NCBI GenBank assembly: GCA_037447605.1
Contig: CM074822.1
Coordinates: 1,077,492 to 1,141,491 of the forward strand
Length of the DNA stretch: 64,000 nt
Direction of reading: 5' to 3'
Origin: Zygnema circumcarinatum SAG 698-1b
Lineage: Eukaryota > Plantae > Zygnematophyceae
The notes under the pieces are model-generated. The model worked only from the letters and a program-made list of their open reading frames with translations, was not told where the DNA came from and made no database searches. Made by a program: the position numbers and the translations under genes. Position 1 is the first letter of the stretch. Every line of letters starts with the position of its first letter. Below are positions 1 through 23,368 of this stretch, piece by piece.

Positions 1-7380
<7,380 letters not shown>

Positions 7381-7398
7381 CATGATTATGATATCTAT

Positions 7399-7604
7399 TA
7401 GGGGGAGTCGGGCATTGGCCATGGCCAAATCAAAATTAGTAAGCCTGTCAGGTGAATTAAGCATTGGCTAGGTACGCTTTTCGGTACGGCTGGGTGCGGC
7501 GGAGCCGCGGATCCCGACCCGGAATTCGTAAACGGAACTTTGACTTTTAGTATACTAAATTCGGGAATTCAGTTACGGCCATGCTCAATGTCTGACTCCA
7601 CCTA
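7399..7604. mobile_element. 206-bp MITE with 28-bp imperfect TIRs (TAGGGGGAGTC...)
   Basis: Left end TAGGGGGAGTCGGGCATTGGCCATGGCC versus reverse complement of right end TAGGTGGAGTCAGACATTGAGCATGGCC, 23/28 match. TATTA lies on both sides if the termini are taken at 7401/7602. Confidence 0.7.
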
Positions 7605-7981
7605 TTATAAGATGACCTCCGGCTTCGGTTTTAAGCACCGACTCAATTGCTTTGCTATTTATTATTAGACCATGCTTGGACCCTTCAATACTATAAGCAC
7701 AATCTTTGTTATTTGAAGTCCGAATCTGCTTACACCATCTTCATTGCGAACGCATTCATCATTCACAGTATAAAAAAAAAATTGGGCAAATTTGTTGATA
7801 CACGGCTTCTGCAGGCTCGATTAAACCTTCACGGAGAAGTACTTTTAATTTATAAGAAAAGCAAAGGGCAATACTGCAATTGATAATGAAAGTGACCTAT
7901 TAAAATAAGGGTAATAAACTAACAAACTAGCAACGATCTATTTCGACTCAGCTCAATGCAGAACAGGTCAAGTGCCATACC

Positions 7982-8047
7982 TTCAAAATTTGAGGGGGGC
8001 TAAGGGGGGGCTTAGTTACCCCCCCCTCCCCCCCCTCAAATTTTGAA
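7982..8047. repeat. 66-bp hairpin with perfect 18-bp stem
   Basis: TTCAAAATTTGAGGGGGG (7982-7999) pairs with CCCCCCTCAAATTTTGAA (8030-8047); ~100 bp downstream of the GT47 stop. Confidence 0.85.
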
Positions 8048-8147
8048 AAATTGTCAGCCACTGGTCGCCTTTGAAGGCTGAATAGCAAAAATTCCCAACT
8101 CATTGGTCAGCCCCCTTTTGACTAAAATGCTGCTCCTGAAGGAGAGG

Positions 8148-12082
<3,935 letters not shown>

Positions 12083-12106
12083 GGTTGTTGTGGGTTGAAA
12101 GGAGGG

Positions 12107-12232
12107 AGAGGAAGAGAGAGAGAGTGAGGAATTGGGGAGGGGATGTTGCTGTGGTCGGTCGGTCGAGAGAGAATGAGAGAGAGAGAGAGAGAGAGAGAGG
12201 AATTGGGGAGGGACTGTTGGTGTGGTCGGTCG

Positions 12233-12301
<69 letters not shown>

Positions 12302-12500
12302 GGGACTGTTGGTGTGGTCGGTCGGTAGAGAGAGAGAGAGAGCGAGAGAGAGATTGGGGACTGTTGGTGAGGTCGGTCGGTAGAGAGAGAGAGAGAGAGC
12401 GAGAGAGACTGGGGACTGTTGGTGTGGTCGGTCGGTAGAGAGAGACGGAGCGCGCGAGAGAGATTGGGGGCTCGGTATTGGTCGGTCGGTAGAGAGAGAG
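12107..12500 (+). repeat. GA-rich minisatellite (TTGGGGACTGTTGGTGTGGTCGGTCGGTAGAG + (GA)n) x5-6 just upstream of the GT47 ATG
   Basis: GGTCGGTCGGT recurs near 12152, 12225, 12316, 12371, 12425 and 12480, separated by variable (GA)n. Confidence 0.85.
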
Positions 12501-12539
12501 AGGTAGAGGGAGAATGAAGTAAAAAGTAGGTGATTCGCT

Positions 12540-12745
12540 ACAGTACAGTACGATACGATACACTACAGTACCGTGCCTGTAATATTAATACGATACGATT
12601 GAGTATGTACAATATCAGTAACTACGATACGATACTATATGATCTTGGTAAATGATATGGAATATTGCGATACGATACGATTTAATTTCGATACTACGCT
12701 ACGATACGAAACGAAACGATACGTCACGATACGGTATGTGTCGGT
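12540..12745. repeat. Degenerate (CGATA)n block related to the 30.7-31.5 kb array
   Basis: CGATACGATACGATTT (~12669) is the reverse complement of AAATCGTATCGTATCG (~30881). Confidence 0.6.
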
Positions 12746-12796
12746 ACAGTAGAGCCCAAGAATGCTGTTATTTCTTTTTTTGTTCTTGGAATCTAT

Positions 12797-13726
12797 TAGG
12801 GGGAGTCAGACCAAGGTCTGGTCTGGTCTGGTCTGGTCGACTGGTTGCCAACCAGTGGATGCCACTGGTTGGCAACCATTCGACTGGTTTGGAACCAGTG
12901 GATGCCACTGGTTGGTAACCAGTCGACTGGTTTGGAACCAGTGGATGCCACTGGTTGGCAACCATTCGACTGGTTGGCAACCAGTGCCGCCGGATCGAAA
13001 CAACCATTCGACTGGTTGCCAACCAGTGGCATCCACTGGCATCCACTGGTTGGAAAGTGGCATCCACTGTTTGGAAACCAGTCGACTGGTTGCGAACCAG
13101 TGGCGCAGGACTGAAACAACCATTCGACTGGTTCGGAACCAGTGATCCAATGGTTGGCAACCATTGAATTTCTGAAATTATGCCTTTTTGCAAAAATGGG
13201 TCGTTTGTGTTTTTTGGTTGGTTGCCAACCGTTGACAACTAGTGTAACAAGCCTGATGCGTACAGATACGTACGGATTCGTACAGCATAATCGTACGGTT
13301 GTACGAGGATTTTGTACGGCCGAACCGTAATAGTTTTCTCCGAAACGCCGACGGCATTTTGGTAACTGTAGCGTTCAGTTCGCTACAACTAGTGATTTAA
13401 TGGTCGCCAACCATTTGATTTAATGGATATAACCATTCGACTGGTTGCCAACCAGTGCCGCCAGATCGAAACAACCATTCGACTGGTTGCCAACCAGTGG
13501 CATCCACTGGTTCCAAACCAGTCGACTGGTTGCCAACCAGTGGTTGCGGACCGAAACAACCATTCGACTGGTTGCCAACCAGTGGATGCCACTGGTTGGC
13601 AACCAGTCGACTGGTTGCCAACCAGTAGACGTCCAACCATTGCCATCCAATGGTTGTCCAATGGTTGCCGATCCACTGGTCCGAACTGTGCAACTGTTAC
13701 AACTCTTTTAAGTCTGACAGCCCCCT
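12797..13726. mobile_element. ~930-bp non-autonomous TIR element of the same family as 7399-7604, with two arrays of 17-bp palindromes
   Basis: Left terminus TAGGGGGAGTCAGAC at 12797; degenerate right terminus GTCTGACAGCCCCCT at 13712-13726. Arrays of ACTGGTTG(C/G)CAACCAGT at 12836-13167 and 13394-13681. Confidence 0.65.
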
Positions 13727-13809
13727 GGTACGGTCTTAATTGGGAAAAAAAAAAGAAACGGGGAAAATATCTGATCGGGTAAGAAAAATCGACCACTTTG
13801 TCCTTCAAT

Positions 13810-13970
13810 TTTTGCACGTGTGAACATATCTGAACTCCATCTAATTAGAGCCAGCCACGTCGGTCTCCTGCCTCAATCTGATTGGCTGGGCTTTCCGCCA
13901 TCCAAAATGAGCCTATCAAAGTGACGCCGAAAAAAACGGAACCAATCGGATTAGTCCATAACCAATCAGA
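13810..13970 (+). promoter_or_regulatory. Putative CHLP promoter: G-box and three CCAAT boxes
   Basis: CACGTG 13815-13820, GCCACGT 13854-13860, ATTGG 13881-13885, CCAAT at 13942 and 13962; 280-430 bp upstream of the ATG. Confidence 0.45.
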
Positions 13971-14247
13971 TGCCGTTAACGATATTTGTGTAGCGCTGGC
14001 CTGTTCCATGTGAAAGTTAGGCCCAAATACTTTTTCGGTTGCACGACAGTTTTTGGCGTTCTATGTTTCGGGGAGCATTTGCAGGCGCTTGTGTCCTTCA
14101 AGAAAGCGGAGGGGGGGACGAGGAGAGGTAGAAGGAGAGGTAGAACATCTGAAGTGGGGAGACTTTATCTCACTGGGCTGTTGATTACATTATTGTGCTT
14201 GGTTTCTTGTCGATAGATCAATAGACTGAGCTGCTGCAGCAGGAATC

Positions 14248-17200
14248 ATGGCGGCGACATCTCTTTGCGCTGCTGGTTTCAGCGTTGCATCTCTTGGAAA
14301 GCGCGTTCAGCAGACTTCCTCAAATGCAGGACGCTTGGAGCAAACAGTTTCTGCTGCTCTGCCGCTGCGCTGCAGCAGCAGCTCTAAGCAGGCGAGTCTG
14401 AACAGCTTCGACGGCCTCCGGCCTGCATCGCAGTCATCGGCAGCGACTTGCTCGTCATTTCTTGGAAGCGCCGAGCAGCTTATTGACTCGAGGAGGCAGC
14501 AGCCAGCGGTATTGGATGAGCGCGCGAGGCTGGTGATTGTTGCAGGCAAGAACAGCAAGAAGCTGGAGGGGAGGAAGCTTCGCGTTGCAGGTTTGTTTCA
14601 ATCAACCTTACTGAACCGATGGTCGTCGACTCTCGTTAGGCGGAATACTGCAGTCATTGGTGGCTGGCTACGCGTATTTGTTGCGGCAGAAGTTTCACAG
14701 TTCCTAATGTTTTGCACTTCTTGAAGGTTGTACATGATGTTGATTGAGTCACATCACCGTTTGATTGGCTGTCCAGAAGCGTTGATCAGAAATCAGTTTT
14801 TGCTCATTCAGAGGCGTTTCCTTACATTCTGACACTTTCTACCTTGTATTGTAGAGAATAAATTTCACGAGTATTGAGGAGGCCATTGTCTGACAAGATT
14901 TTGGTCATTGACTTCTCTTGCAGTTATCGGCGGAGGACCTGCTGGAGGCTGTGCAGCAGAAACTCTCGCTAAGGCTGGAATTGAAACGTTTTTGATTGAG
15001 CGCAAACTTGACAATGCTAAGCCGTGTGGTGGAGCTATTCCCCTTTGCATGGTTGACGAATTCCAGGTGTCAATCTGAACTAAGCTTGCTTTTCCATTAT
15101 TAGTTTCTGAACGTTGCAATAAATAAAGTAGAAATGCACCTAAATTTATTTTTATCCAGCTTGGTTCAATTGTTTGTTCAATTGTTCTACGTGTCGAATG
15201 GTCCTCTTGGGAGCGAGTGCTTTAAGTTCCCTTTGTAATTCTCTCTTCTTAACTTTTGTAGTTGCCCGCCGAGATTATCGACCGGAAGGTGACTAAGATG
15301 AAGATGATTTCACCTTCCAACGTGGAGGTGGATGTTGGAAAGACTCTCAGTGAGACAGAGTACATCGGCATGTGCAGAAGGTAATTTTGCATACACAATG
15401 GAGGAGAAGCTGGGAATATGGCTGTATGGACTGCGATTACTATTCTGCTCTCGCTGGATGTCAGCTACTATTTCTGGAATTCTAATTGCGATTCTATTCT
15501 ATTGTCTTCTATGTTCATTTGTGATTCTCACTTTGTTTATTTTTGAACAAACATAAACTGAACTGTACGGATACTTTTGATTTGCAGAGAAATCCTGGAT
15601 GGGTTCCTTCGTGAGCGTGCACGAGGCTATGGCGCCACAATCATAAACGGCCTCTTCCTTAAGATGGACACTCCGAGCGACGAGAACTCTCCCTATGTCC
15701 TGCACTATTCAGACTATTCCGTGGACGCCAAGGTGTGCTGATTGCTTTTTTCCTTTAGTATTGCCTTCTGGTATATGAAGTTTTAGCTTTGTTATCTGCT
15801 GAATTTTTGTGTGCCTTGTTGGAGTTTAGGGGTTTTGGAGTTTGGAGTTTCTGATACAATTCGCGGAATCCATGTGTCCCTCCTGCAGGCTGGAGCGGCG
15901 AGGACCATGGAGGTCGACGCGATTATTGGAGCTGACGGAGCCAACAGCAGAGTGGCAAAGGAGATAGACGCTGGTGAATACGACTATGCGATTGCTTTCC
16001 AGGTAATGCTCACTTCTGCCCGCAAAAAATGGTTTAGTTGATTTTACGCAGTGTTTTTTTGCTTTGCCTTCCTTTTCAGTCGTTATCAGACAGTTTTGTG
16101 TATGGATAGGTGGTTCCTTTTGCCTGCACTTAGAGGACGTCGAGATATTTGGTGTTGCAGGAAAGGATTCGTCTACCAGAGGAGAAGATGAAGTATTACG
16201 AGGACTTGGCTGAAATGTATGTTGGGGATGACGTGTCGCCCGACTTCTATGGCTGGGTCTTCCCCAAATGCGACCATGTGGCTGTGGGAACTGGAACTGT
16301 CATCAACAAGCCCGGCATTAAGAAGTATCAGACCGCAACCAGGTGAGTTGCATGGTCATTCAGCGTTTTGTGTCATGTCGTTTTTCGGTAATTCTCCCTC
16401 CTCCCTTCTCCCTCTCAAAATGTATGACTCTTGTGCATACAGAAACCGTGCAAAGGACAAGATTGTGGGCGGAAAGATCATCCGTGTGGAGGCCCATCCC
16501 ATTCCGGAGCACCCGCGGCCCCGCAGGACAATCGACCGTGTGGCTCTTGTTGGGGATGCTGCTGGCTATGTTACCAAGTGTTCGGGAGAGGTTAGTGAAG
16601 CTAACTGCCTGAAAGGGTAGCTTGTATGACGGCTACCGTTAGTAATGCCTTTTAACGAAAGTTTTGCTCTGTAGGGGTCCTGTCAAAGGTGCCATGGTTA
16701 CAAATGGAATCATGTTGTATGTAGACGGTGATCTCATGTAGACTTGCTTTAAATGCCTCCTTGTTGAATTTGGTTAAGATGGCATATGATAATCCCGATT
16801 CTGAATCTTAGGTACCGCTTTTCGCTAGTCCTGGATAGGTCATGATAGAGGATGTGGAATTTTGGCAGTCAGAGCTGTTCTTGATTTTTTTTCTTCTGTC
16901 CTTTCAGGGTATTTACTTCGCTGCCAAGTCTGGAAGGATGTGTGCGGAGGCAATTGTGGAGGGGTCTGAGAACGGGACCCGAATGGTCAACGAGTCAGAT
17001 CTTAGGGTGTACCTCGACAAGTGGGATAAGAAATACTGGGCCACCTACAAGGTAAGTTTCTGCATTCTCTAGCTTCTAGAGCATAGGATTGATTATGCAG
17101 ATGTCATTAGAGTTTGTATTCTTCGTGCCTAGCTGTCTGAAGTGGACTTGAGAAGTCTCTGGTTTCATACAAGTCCTGATCTTCTGTGAGTTCTTTTATA

Positions 17201-18054
17201 TGAAGGATTTTCTCAATGTGCCCTAGCTGTTCTATACCAGCTTGAAGGGGAGAGCCTGTGTAGAGTTGGAACAAGTGAATCATCTGTCTTCTGCTCTGTG
17301 GAAGTTCAAACAATATGCCGATTACTGAATTTGACTTCGGTTCCTTTTATTGGCAACAGGTGCTGGACATCTTGCAGAAGGTGTTCTACAGATCGAACCC
17401 TGCGAGAGAGGCGTTTGTGGAGATGTGCGCTGACTCTTACGTGCAGAAGATGACCTTTGACAGGTGAGCAGACCTCGTGCCATCTCCAAACCCTTCCTCT
17501 GATAAACTATGCCAACACATGCCCATACGAGCATATGTGAAACTATGCATTCATGGCATATGTACGATGAGTTTGCGGACTGCGAAGTCAGCCACAGACT
17601 GGCTGCATTTCAAAGTTGATTCAAGCATACGTACAGGATGCCTTTCCGGCTTTCTCTCCCTATCCGCGAGTAGCGAGTCTCTCTTTTTCAGGCCATACCA
17701 ACAACGCCAACACAATCATGAGACTGCAAAATGTTTACGCTGGACAGCATGCATGCGTTCAAGCGGATAGACTGCATATGACAAGTCAATGTGGCATTCT
17801 GTCCATGCTTCCGTGGCATGCGAGTACTCTTTCTTTACGTACTTGCATGATGCATTTCCTGCTTTAGCCTTTTTTAGCCTTTAAGAATATCACTGTCCTA
17901 AAACCACGTCTTACATGGTGGGATTTGCAGCTACCTCTACAAGACTGTGGCCCCCGGGAACCCCATCGAGGACCTGAAGCTGGCGGTGAACACCATTGGC
18001 AGTTTGGTGCGTGCCAATGCCCTAAGGAAGGCAACTGAGGGGATGATCGCCTAG
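14248..18054 (+). CDS. CHLP: Chloroplast geranylgeranyl diphosphate reductase, 10 exons
   Basis: Exons 14248-14590, 14924-15066, 15262-15380, 15588-15732, 15889-16002, 16161-16342, 16443-16590, 16908-17051, 17360-17463, 17931-18054, all GT-AG. Ser/Ala-rich transit peptide; [20 protein letters not shown] motif, [71 protein letters not shown]. Confidence 0.97.
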
Positions 18055-19516
18055 AGGATGAACTCATTTTACTCAACTCGAGAAGGGCTCAGTGATCAAG
18101 AGATCATAGTTGGGTAGTCAAACTTCTGCTTTATTATATAGCCAATAACCATTTTTTTCCTCATCGGTAGAAGTCGGACGGACAGTTCATAGTTCATAGT
18201 CCCTTGCCATTGACCATTTTTTGGTTCATTTTGAACCTGGGTGGTCAACGAGAACTGCTTTGCAGCCGAAAGATTTGGGCTGCTCCCAGTCCATTTCCGG
18301 TGAGTCTTGAGTTTCTGGAGGAGTGTGCAGGACATCGACGATTGCGAGGATGCAAATGTGATATAGACCATTGATAAGATGTGATTGACGCCTCAGAGAA
18401 ATGATGGGATTTAACTTCACCGCGTGGTTTCTTTCCCATTTGGTCTGTTCCTCTCGCGTGCTATCTCATCCTCCCTCTCCCTCCCTCCCCTCCTCTCTAT
18501 CTCCTCTCTCTATCTCTGTTTCTCTGGCTCCAGGAGTCAGAGTATACATTGTGTACTGTGGCATACATCAGCCTTGACATTCTGAAAACTTAGGAAACAT
18601 AATCCATCCATTTATGCAGTCCATGCCGAAGAATGTCACAAAGGACGTCTCGGAGAGATAGTCGGAGTCAAACACCACCATTACTGTCAAGGAAGAACAT
18701 ATCTCAAAAAAATCTTGACAGATGAATGAGGATGATGATGCAGTTAAATCTTCGCCTCTGTTCAAGTGGTTGATAGCGATTCACCTAAACTTCTCAGAAG
18801 TGTTGTTATCTCGGTGTGGAATGCGGAAGATAAGCGCTGGCGATTTGTCGCGGCACGGATCATAAATAGGGGATCGCTCGTCCTGCATGGTACTGTCGAG
18901 AAGAACGCTAAATTTGGGCACTGCAAGGTCCGAGCATCCTAATCAAATCCCTGGCAACTTCCACCACGATGCACGCATTGCGATGGACTACCTATCGACT
19001 TAAGCGATAGGAATGCCCTCATAAACATGCGTATATGGGCAAGTTCTCGCCGAATTCACATAAGTCTATTCTCATAATTATGGCGAGCATAAAGCACATT
19101 TGCGTGATCTGAACAAGATGTCATATGCGCTCTCGTGAAGAAAATAGTTTTTGCCGTAGGTTTTTCAAAATGTACAAAGAAAGGTTTCAATTTATCCGCC
19201 AAATTCCTTTGGGTCTAGCCTTCAAGCACACACATCTCAGACACTGATGGTAAATGCCATTTTCCTTCTAACTGACGAGTACTTGCACTGATGATCCTTT
19301 TGTGGAATAAGGAAACGAATCAAAAATCATTGCGCTACAAATAAAGAGCTTCCTTCCTCGCGGCTTCCATTGTTATCTTGGACTGCGATCTAAGCTTAAC
19401 ACGTCCTTCCCTCGAACACTCTCTCCTTCCAATTTCTAAAAACGAACCCCCAAAACTGTCAAAGCATCATCTTGGCCATCCCTTCAGCCAGCTCCGCCCA
19501 TCGTCCCCCGCCAACC

Positions 19517-21085
19517 CTAATACTCAGTTTTGAACACAACACAGCGGCGAGACGGCGGAAAGATGCCGTCTGTGTCGGGGGGCACATTGTAGGCCCTAGT
19601 TCCGTTGTAGGCCACGGAGAAGGCCTCCACAGAGAGCACAATGCAGCGATGAAGGAAGAAGTCGACCCCGCGATCTCTCTGATAAGTGCGCGCCCTGAGA
19701 GTGGCGTCCTCCCCAGTGAGATAGAACTGAGTGCCCGCAGACTCCTCACTATGGGGGCACTCCCTGAAGGCGCCCCTCCCCGACCTGTCGACTTCCACCT
19801 TCACCGCGGCCTCTCCCCCGACTCTCGATGTACGGAGGCCGGGACTGAGAGGCTGCGTCTCGTCCCTGCCCGCATCGTGGCCCAAATGGAACGTGGGGAC
19901 CTCCCTCTCATGGCCGGCGAAGAAGAAGTCGCAAAGCTCGTGTGGGTTGGAGGGGCAGACGGAGTGACAGGGGGGGGGAGATGGGGGTTTGGTGGGAGGA
20001 GGAGATGGGGACCTGCGGGGAGGAGGAGGTGAGGACTTGCGTTTGCAAAACTTGTTTTCCATGAAGGTGTGCTCATCCATGACAAAGCATCGCCGGTCGT
20101 CTGGGTACTTCGCCTGATTGGCGTCCCCCCTGTGAAGGACATTCTCCCCTTCGTGTGTTGCAAGTTGGATCCACGTAAGGGGGACGAGCAGGCAGCTCTC
20201 TGAGAGCCACTTTGTTGACAACTGTGCCAGAGAAAACAGCGCAAGGCCAGAATGAGTAGAATGAGCTCCTCCCCCACTTCCTTCTCCTTCCACATCTTCC
20301 CCACCTCTCACCTTCTTTCTCTCTTCTCATTTCTTCTCTTCTCCCCTTTTCTTCTCCCTATCTTCCTTCTCCTCTTTGTTTCCTCCTTTCTTCCCTTGAT
20401 ATTTCCTCTCTCCCTCCCCTCACCCCCAGGACGTAGTCGGCGGCCTCCTCCTTCTTGCAGAGCAATGCATTGACGGCGTCCGCGTCCGCAACGGCGACGC
20501 CGCCACTCACCGCGTCCGCCACGCGCCACTTCGCCCCGGAACTGCACGGACCTCCGTTCTCAGTTAAGCTGTCGTTAAACTGCACGGCAATCTGTGCTTG
20601 CGCTGTTCGCAAATTACAGAGCCCACGCGCTGAGCAATCCCTACGTTGACACTGCCACGTGGCGGACACTGACTAGGGAGCTGATGCCATGGCATCTGAC
20701 CTGGCACCACTGAGAAGCAAACCCTACAGATGTTCCGCCACGAGACGAAGCCAAATTGTTCAATTCGCTGACATGGAAAATGACCTGGCACCATTGAGAA
20801 GCAAACCCTACAGGTATTCCGCCACGTGGTGAAGTCATGCTGAAAAAATCCTAACATGTCAGATGACCTGGCAGCCCTAAGAAGCAAACCTTAACAGGCA
20901 TTCCGCCACGTGGTGAAGTCAAGCTGTCAAAATGATGACATGGCAGCTGACCTGGCATCCTTCCCGAGGCGGAAGTCGCAGTGCTCCCGCGCGGCGGCGC
21001 CGCAGCCGCCCTCGGACAGCGCCGCCGCCGAGCCGCCCAGGACCGCGCTAAACGCCAAAAGCGCCGCCACTGCCATCGCCGCCAT
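19517..21085 (-). CDS. Predicted secreted Cys-rich protein with two similar domains and an extensin-like SPPP linker, 3 exons, ~351 aa, left (intact) copy; family unknown
   Basis: Exons 21085-20952, 20640-20424, 20221-19517 splice in frame at GT-AG sites (phases 2 and 0). Signal-peptide-like MAAMAVAALLAFSAVLGGSAAA; 15 Cys; internal similarity EHCDF/ELCDF and C-x32-RRCFV / C-x31-RRCVV; linker SSPPPPRRSPSPPPTKPPSPPP. The exon-2 acceptor lacks a pyrimidine tract, so the model is inferred. Confidence 0.55.
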
Positions 21086-22835
21086 GATTGCCACGGCTCT
21101 CCGCTGCCGCCCGGCGCCCTCTTGTACTCACCGGAAATGTGGGCGGCCGACCGCAGGGGGCGGCATCGTTTGTCGTGATCCAAAGCGACGACGGGCGGGT
21201 GACACTGCGTGACGGGGCGGCTGGACCGCGACGGCGACTGGCGGACGGCGGTCGCCGTCGCGGTTCATGTCCGTACATAGTGTGGCAGATGGCGACGAGC
21301 AAATCGTGTACGTGGCACAATGTTGACCGTTGTGGCTACGGTTTTCCCGTTCAACGCGCCGTCAAACAGTCACATATTTACTCTACTATCATTAGTCAAT
21401 TATTGAACAATTAAAGACTTTTGGCTGTTCAAAATAGACGACTATTCGTAATCGTTGTCTTTTTGAAAAAATACTATTCCCGCTTTAGGTTTCTGGTTTT
21501 ATTTTGAAACAACCGTCCTTGTTCAAATGCGAATCTAATACGAAACCAATTGAACCTTGATTGATTTTTTATTTTTTTTCTTGGTCGTGTTCGATTTCAA
21601 TGGCAATCGCAAAGCGCGTGAAATTTTGGCCGTTTTCGTTCTTGTACCGTAAGGACATTGTTGATCTGTAAAGTCGTACGGCGAAAATTGTGCCGGAGTT
21701 AAGCAAATCTCTCAGATTGCCTAAATCCTGCGTGGCAAAAAGTGGAATCCACACGTGTGACCGAACAGAGTCAGATTTCGAACCATTGAACTACGAAATT
21801 ATATTGTTCAGTTTGGAAAACTATTCATTTCGAGTGTTCACAAGTTCAAATTGAACCTGCTCATTTGAACATTGAACAGTTCCAAAAAAACGTTCAATAG
21901 TTCAAATTGATGGTAGTACGGTATCGGGAGACGCTCGCTCCCGCTCCCGCTCCGCTTTGGAAATCTCTCAAACCGTACAGGGACGTCGACCGACGGACGG
22001 CGGTAGCCGTCCCGGTTCACATCCGTACAGGGGGCCGGTCCTTCCATGGGCCAGACATGGGGACTTATTGAACAAGAACAATATTTGCGGACGATGTCCG
22101 ATATTCGGTATATCGGGGTAATGGTTGAAGTCTCCCGATACGCTCTCAAAACGTGCAACATGTAAATTCATGTGTACATTGTTGTTGGTGAACATGTTGA
22201 TGTTGTTGTGGATGCATGCATGCATCACTGCTATGTTCCTTCGTTCGCTTTGGAAATCTCTGCGGACATTGTTGTTAGTGTCGTTGTGATGCGTACAATG
22301 TTAGGGCTCACCATGCAGGAACACTGCATTCACAACAACATCAACATGTTCACCAACAACAATGTACACATGAATTCATATGTTGCACGTTTTGAGAGCG
22401 TATCGGGAGACTCCAACCATTACCCCGATATACCGAATACCGGACACTGTCATCAAATGTTGATCTTGTTCAACAAGTCCCCATGTCTGGCCCATGGAAG
22501 GACCGGCCCTCTGTAAGGACGTGGACCTCGACGGCGACCGCCGTCCGCCGGTCGCCGTCGCGGTCCAGCCGCCCCGTCACCGCCGCCGCGTCACCCGTCA
22601 TCGACGCTTTCCTTCACGACAAACACTGCCGCCCTCCACGGTCGGCCGCCGACATATCCGGCGAGTACAAGAGGGCGGCGGGCGGCAGCGGAGAGCCGTG
22701 GCAATCATGGCGGCGATGGCAGTGGCGGCGCTTTTGGCGTTTAGCGCGGTCCTGGGCGGCTCGGCGGCGGCGCTGTCCGAGGGCGGCTGCGGCGCCGCCG
22801 CGCGGGAGCACTGCGACTTCCGCCTCGGGAAGGAT

Positions 22836-23151
22836 GCCAGGTCAGCTGCCATGTCATCATTTTGACAGCTTGACTTCACCACGTGGCGGAATGCCTGTTA
22901 AGGTTTGCTTCTTAGGGCTGCCAGGTCATCTGACATGTTAGGATTTTTTCAGCATGACTTCACCACGTGGCGGAATACCTGTAGGGTTTGCTTCTCAATG
23001 GTGCCAGGTCATTTTCCATGTCAGCGAATTGAACAATTTGGCTTCGTCTCGTGGCGGAACATCTGTAGGGTTTGCTTCTCAGTGGTGCCAGGTCAGATGC
23101 CATGGCATCAGCTCCCTAGTCAGTGTCCGCCACGTGGCAGTGTCAACGTAG
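22836..23151 (+). repeat. Intron 1 made of 4 tandem ~84-bp units each starting GCCAG|GTCA (mirrored at 20641-20956)
   Basis: GT of GCCAG|GT at 22841, 22925, 23008 and 23092; units share C(A/T)CGTGGCGGAA...GGTTTGCTTCT. Confidence 0.85.
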
Positions 23152-23368
23152 GGATTGCTCAGCGCGTGGGCTCTGTAATTTGCGAACAGCGCAAGCACAG
23201 ATTGCCGTGCAGTTTAACGACAGCTTAACTGAGAACGGAGGTCCGTGCAGTTCCGGGGCGAAGTGGCGCGTGGCGGACGCGGTGAGTGGCGGCGTCGCCG
23301 TTGCGGACGCGGACGCCGTCAATGCATTGCTCTGCAAGAAGGAGGAGGCCGCCGACTACGTCCTGGGG

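Noticed and set aside
12762-13817. Overlapping 70-156-aa ORFs with NQSTG/WLATS repeats
   Set aside because: They are products of the palindromic repeat array on both strands, with no domain signature.
19472-20032. LINE reverse-transcriptase remnant (EEVDPAISL...GVLPSE), also 24115-24855
   Set aside because: The resemblance is superficial and no RPISL or YADD motifs follow. This frame is antisense to exon 3 of the predicted secreted gene.
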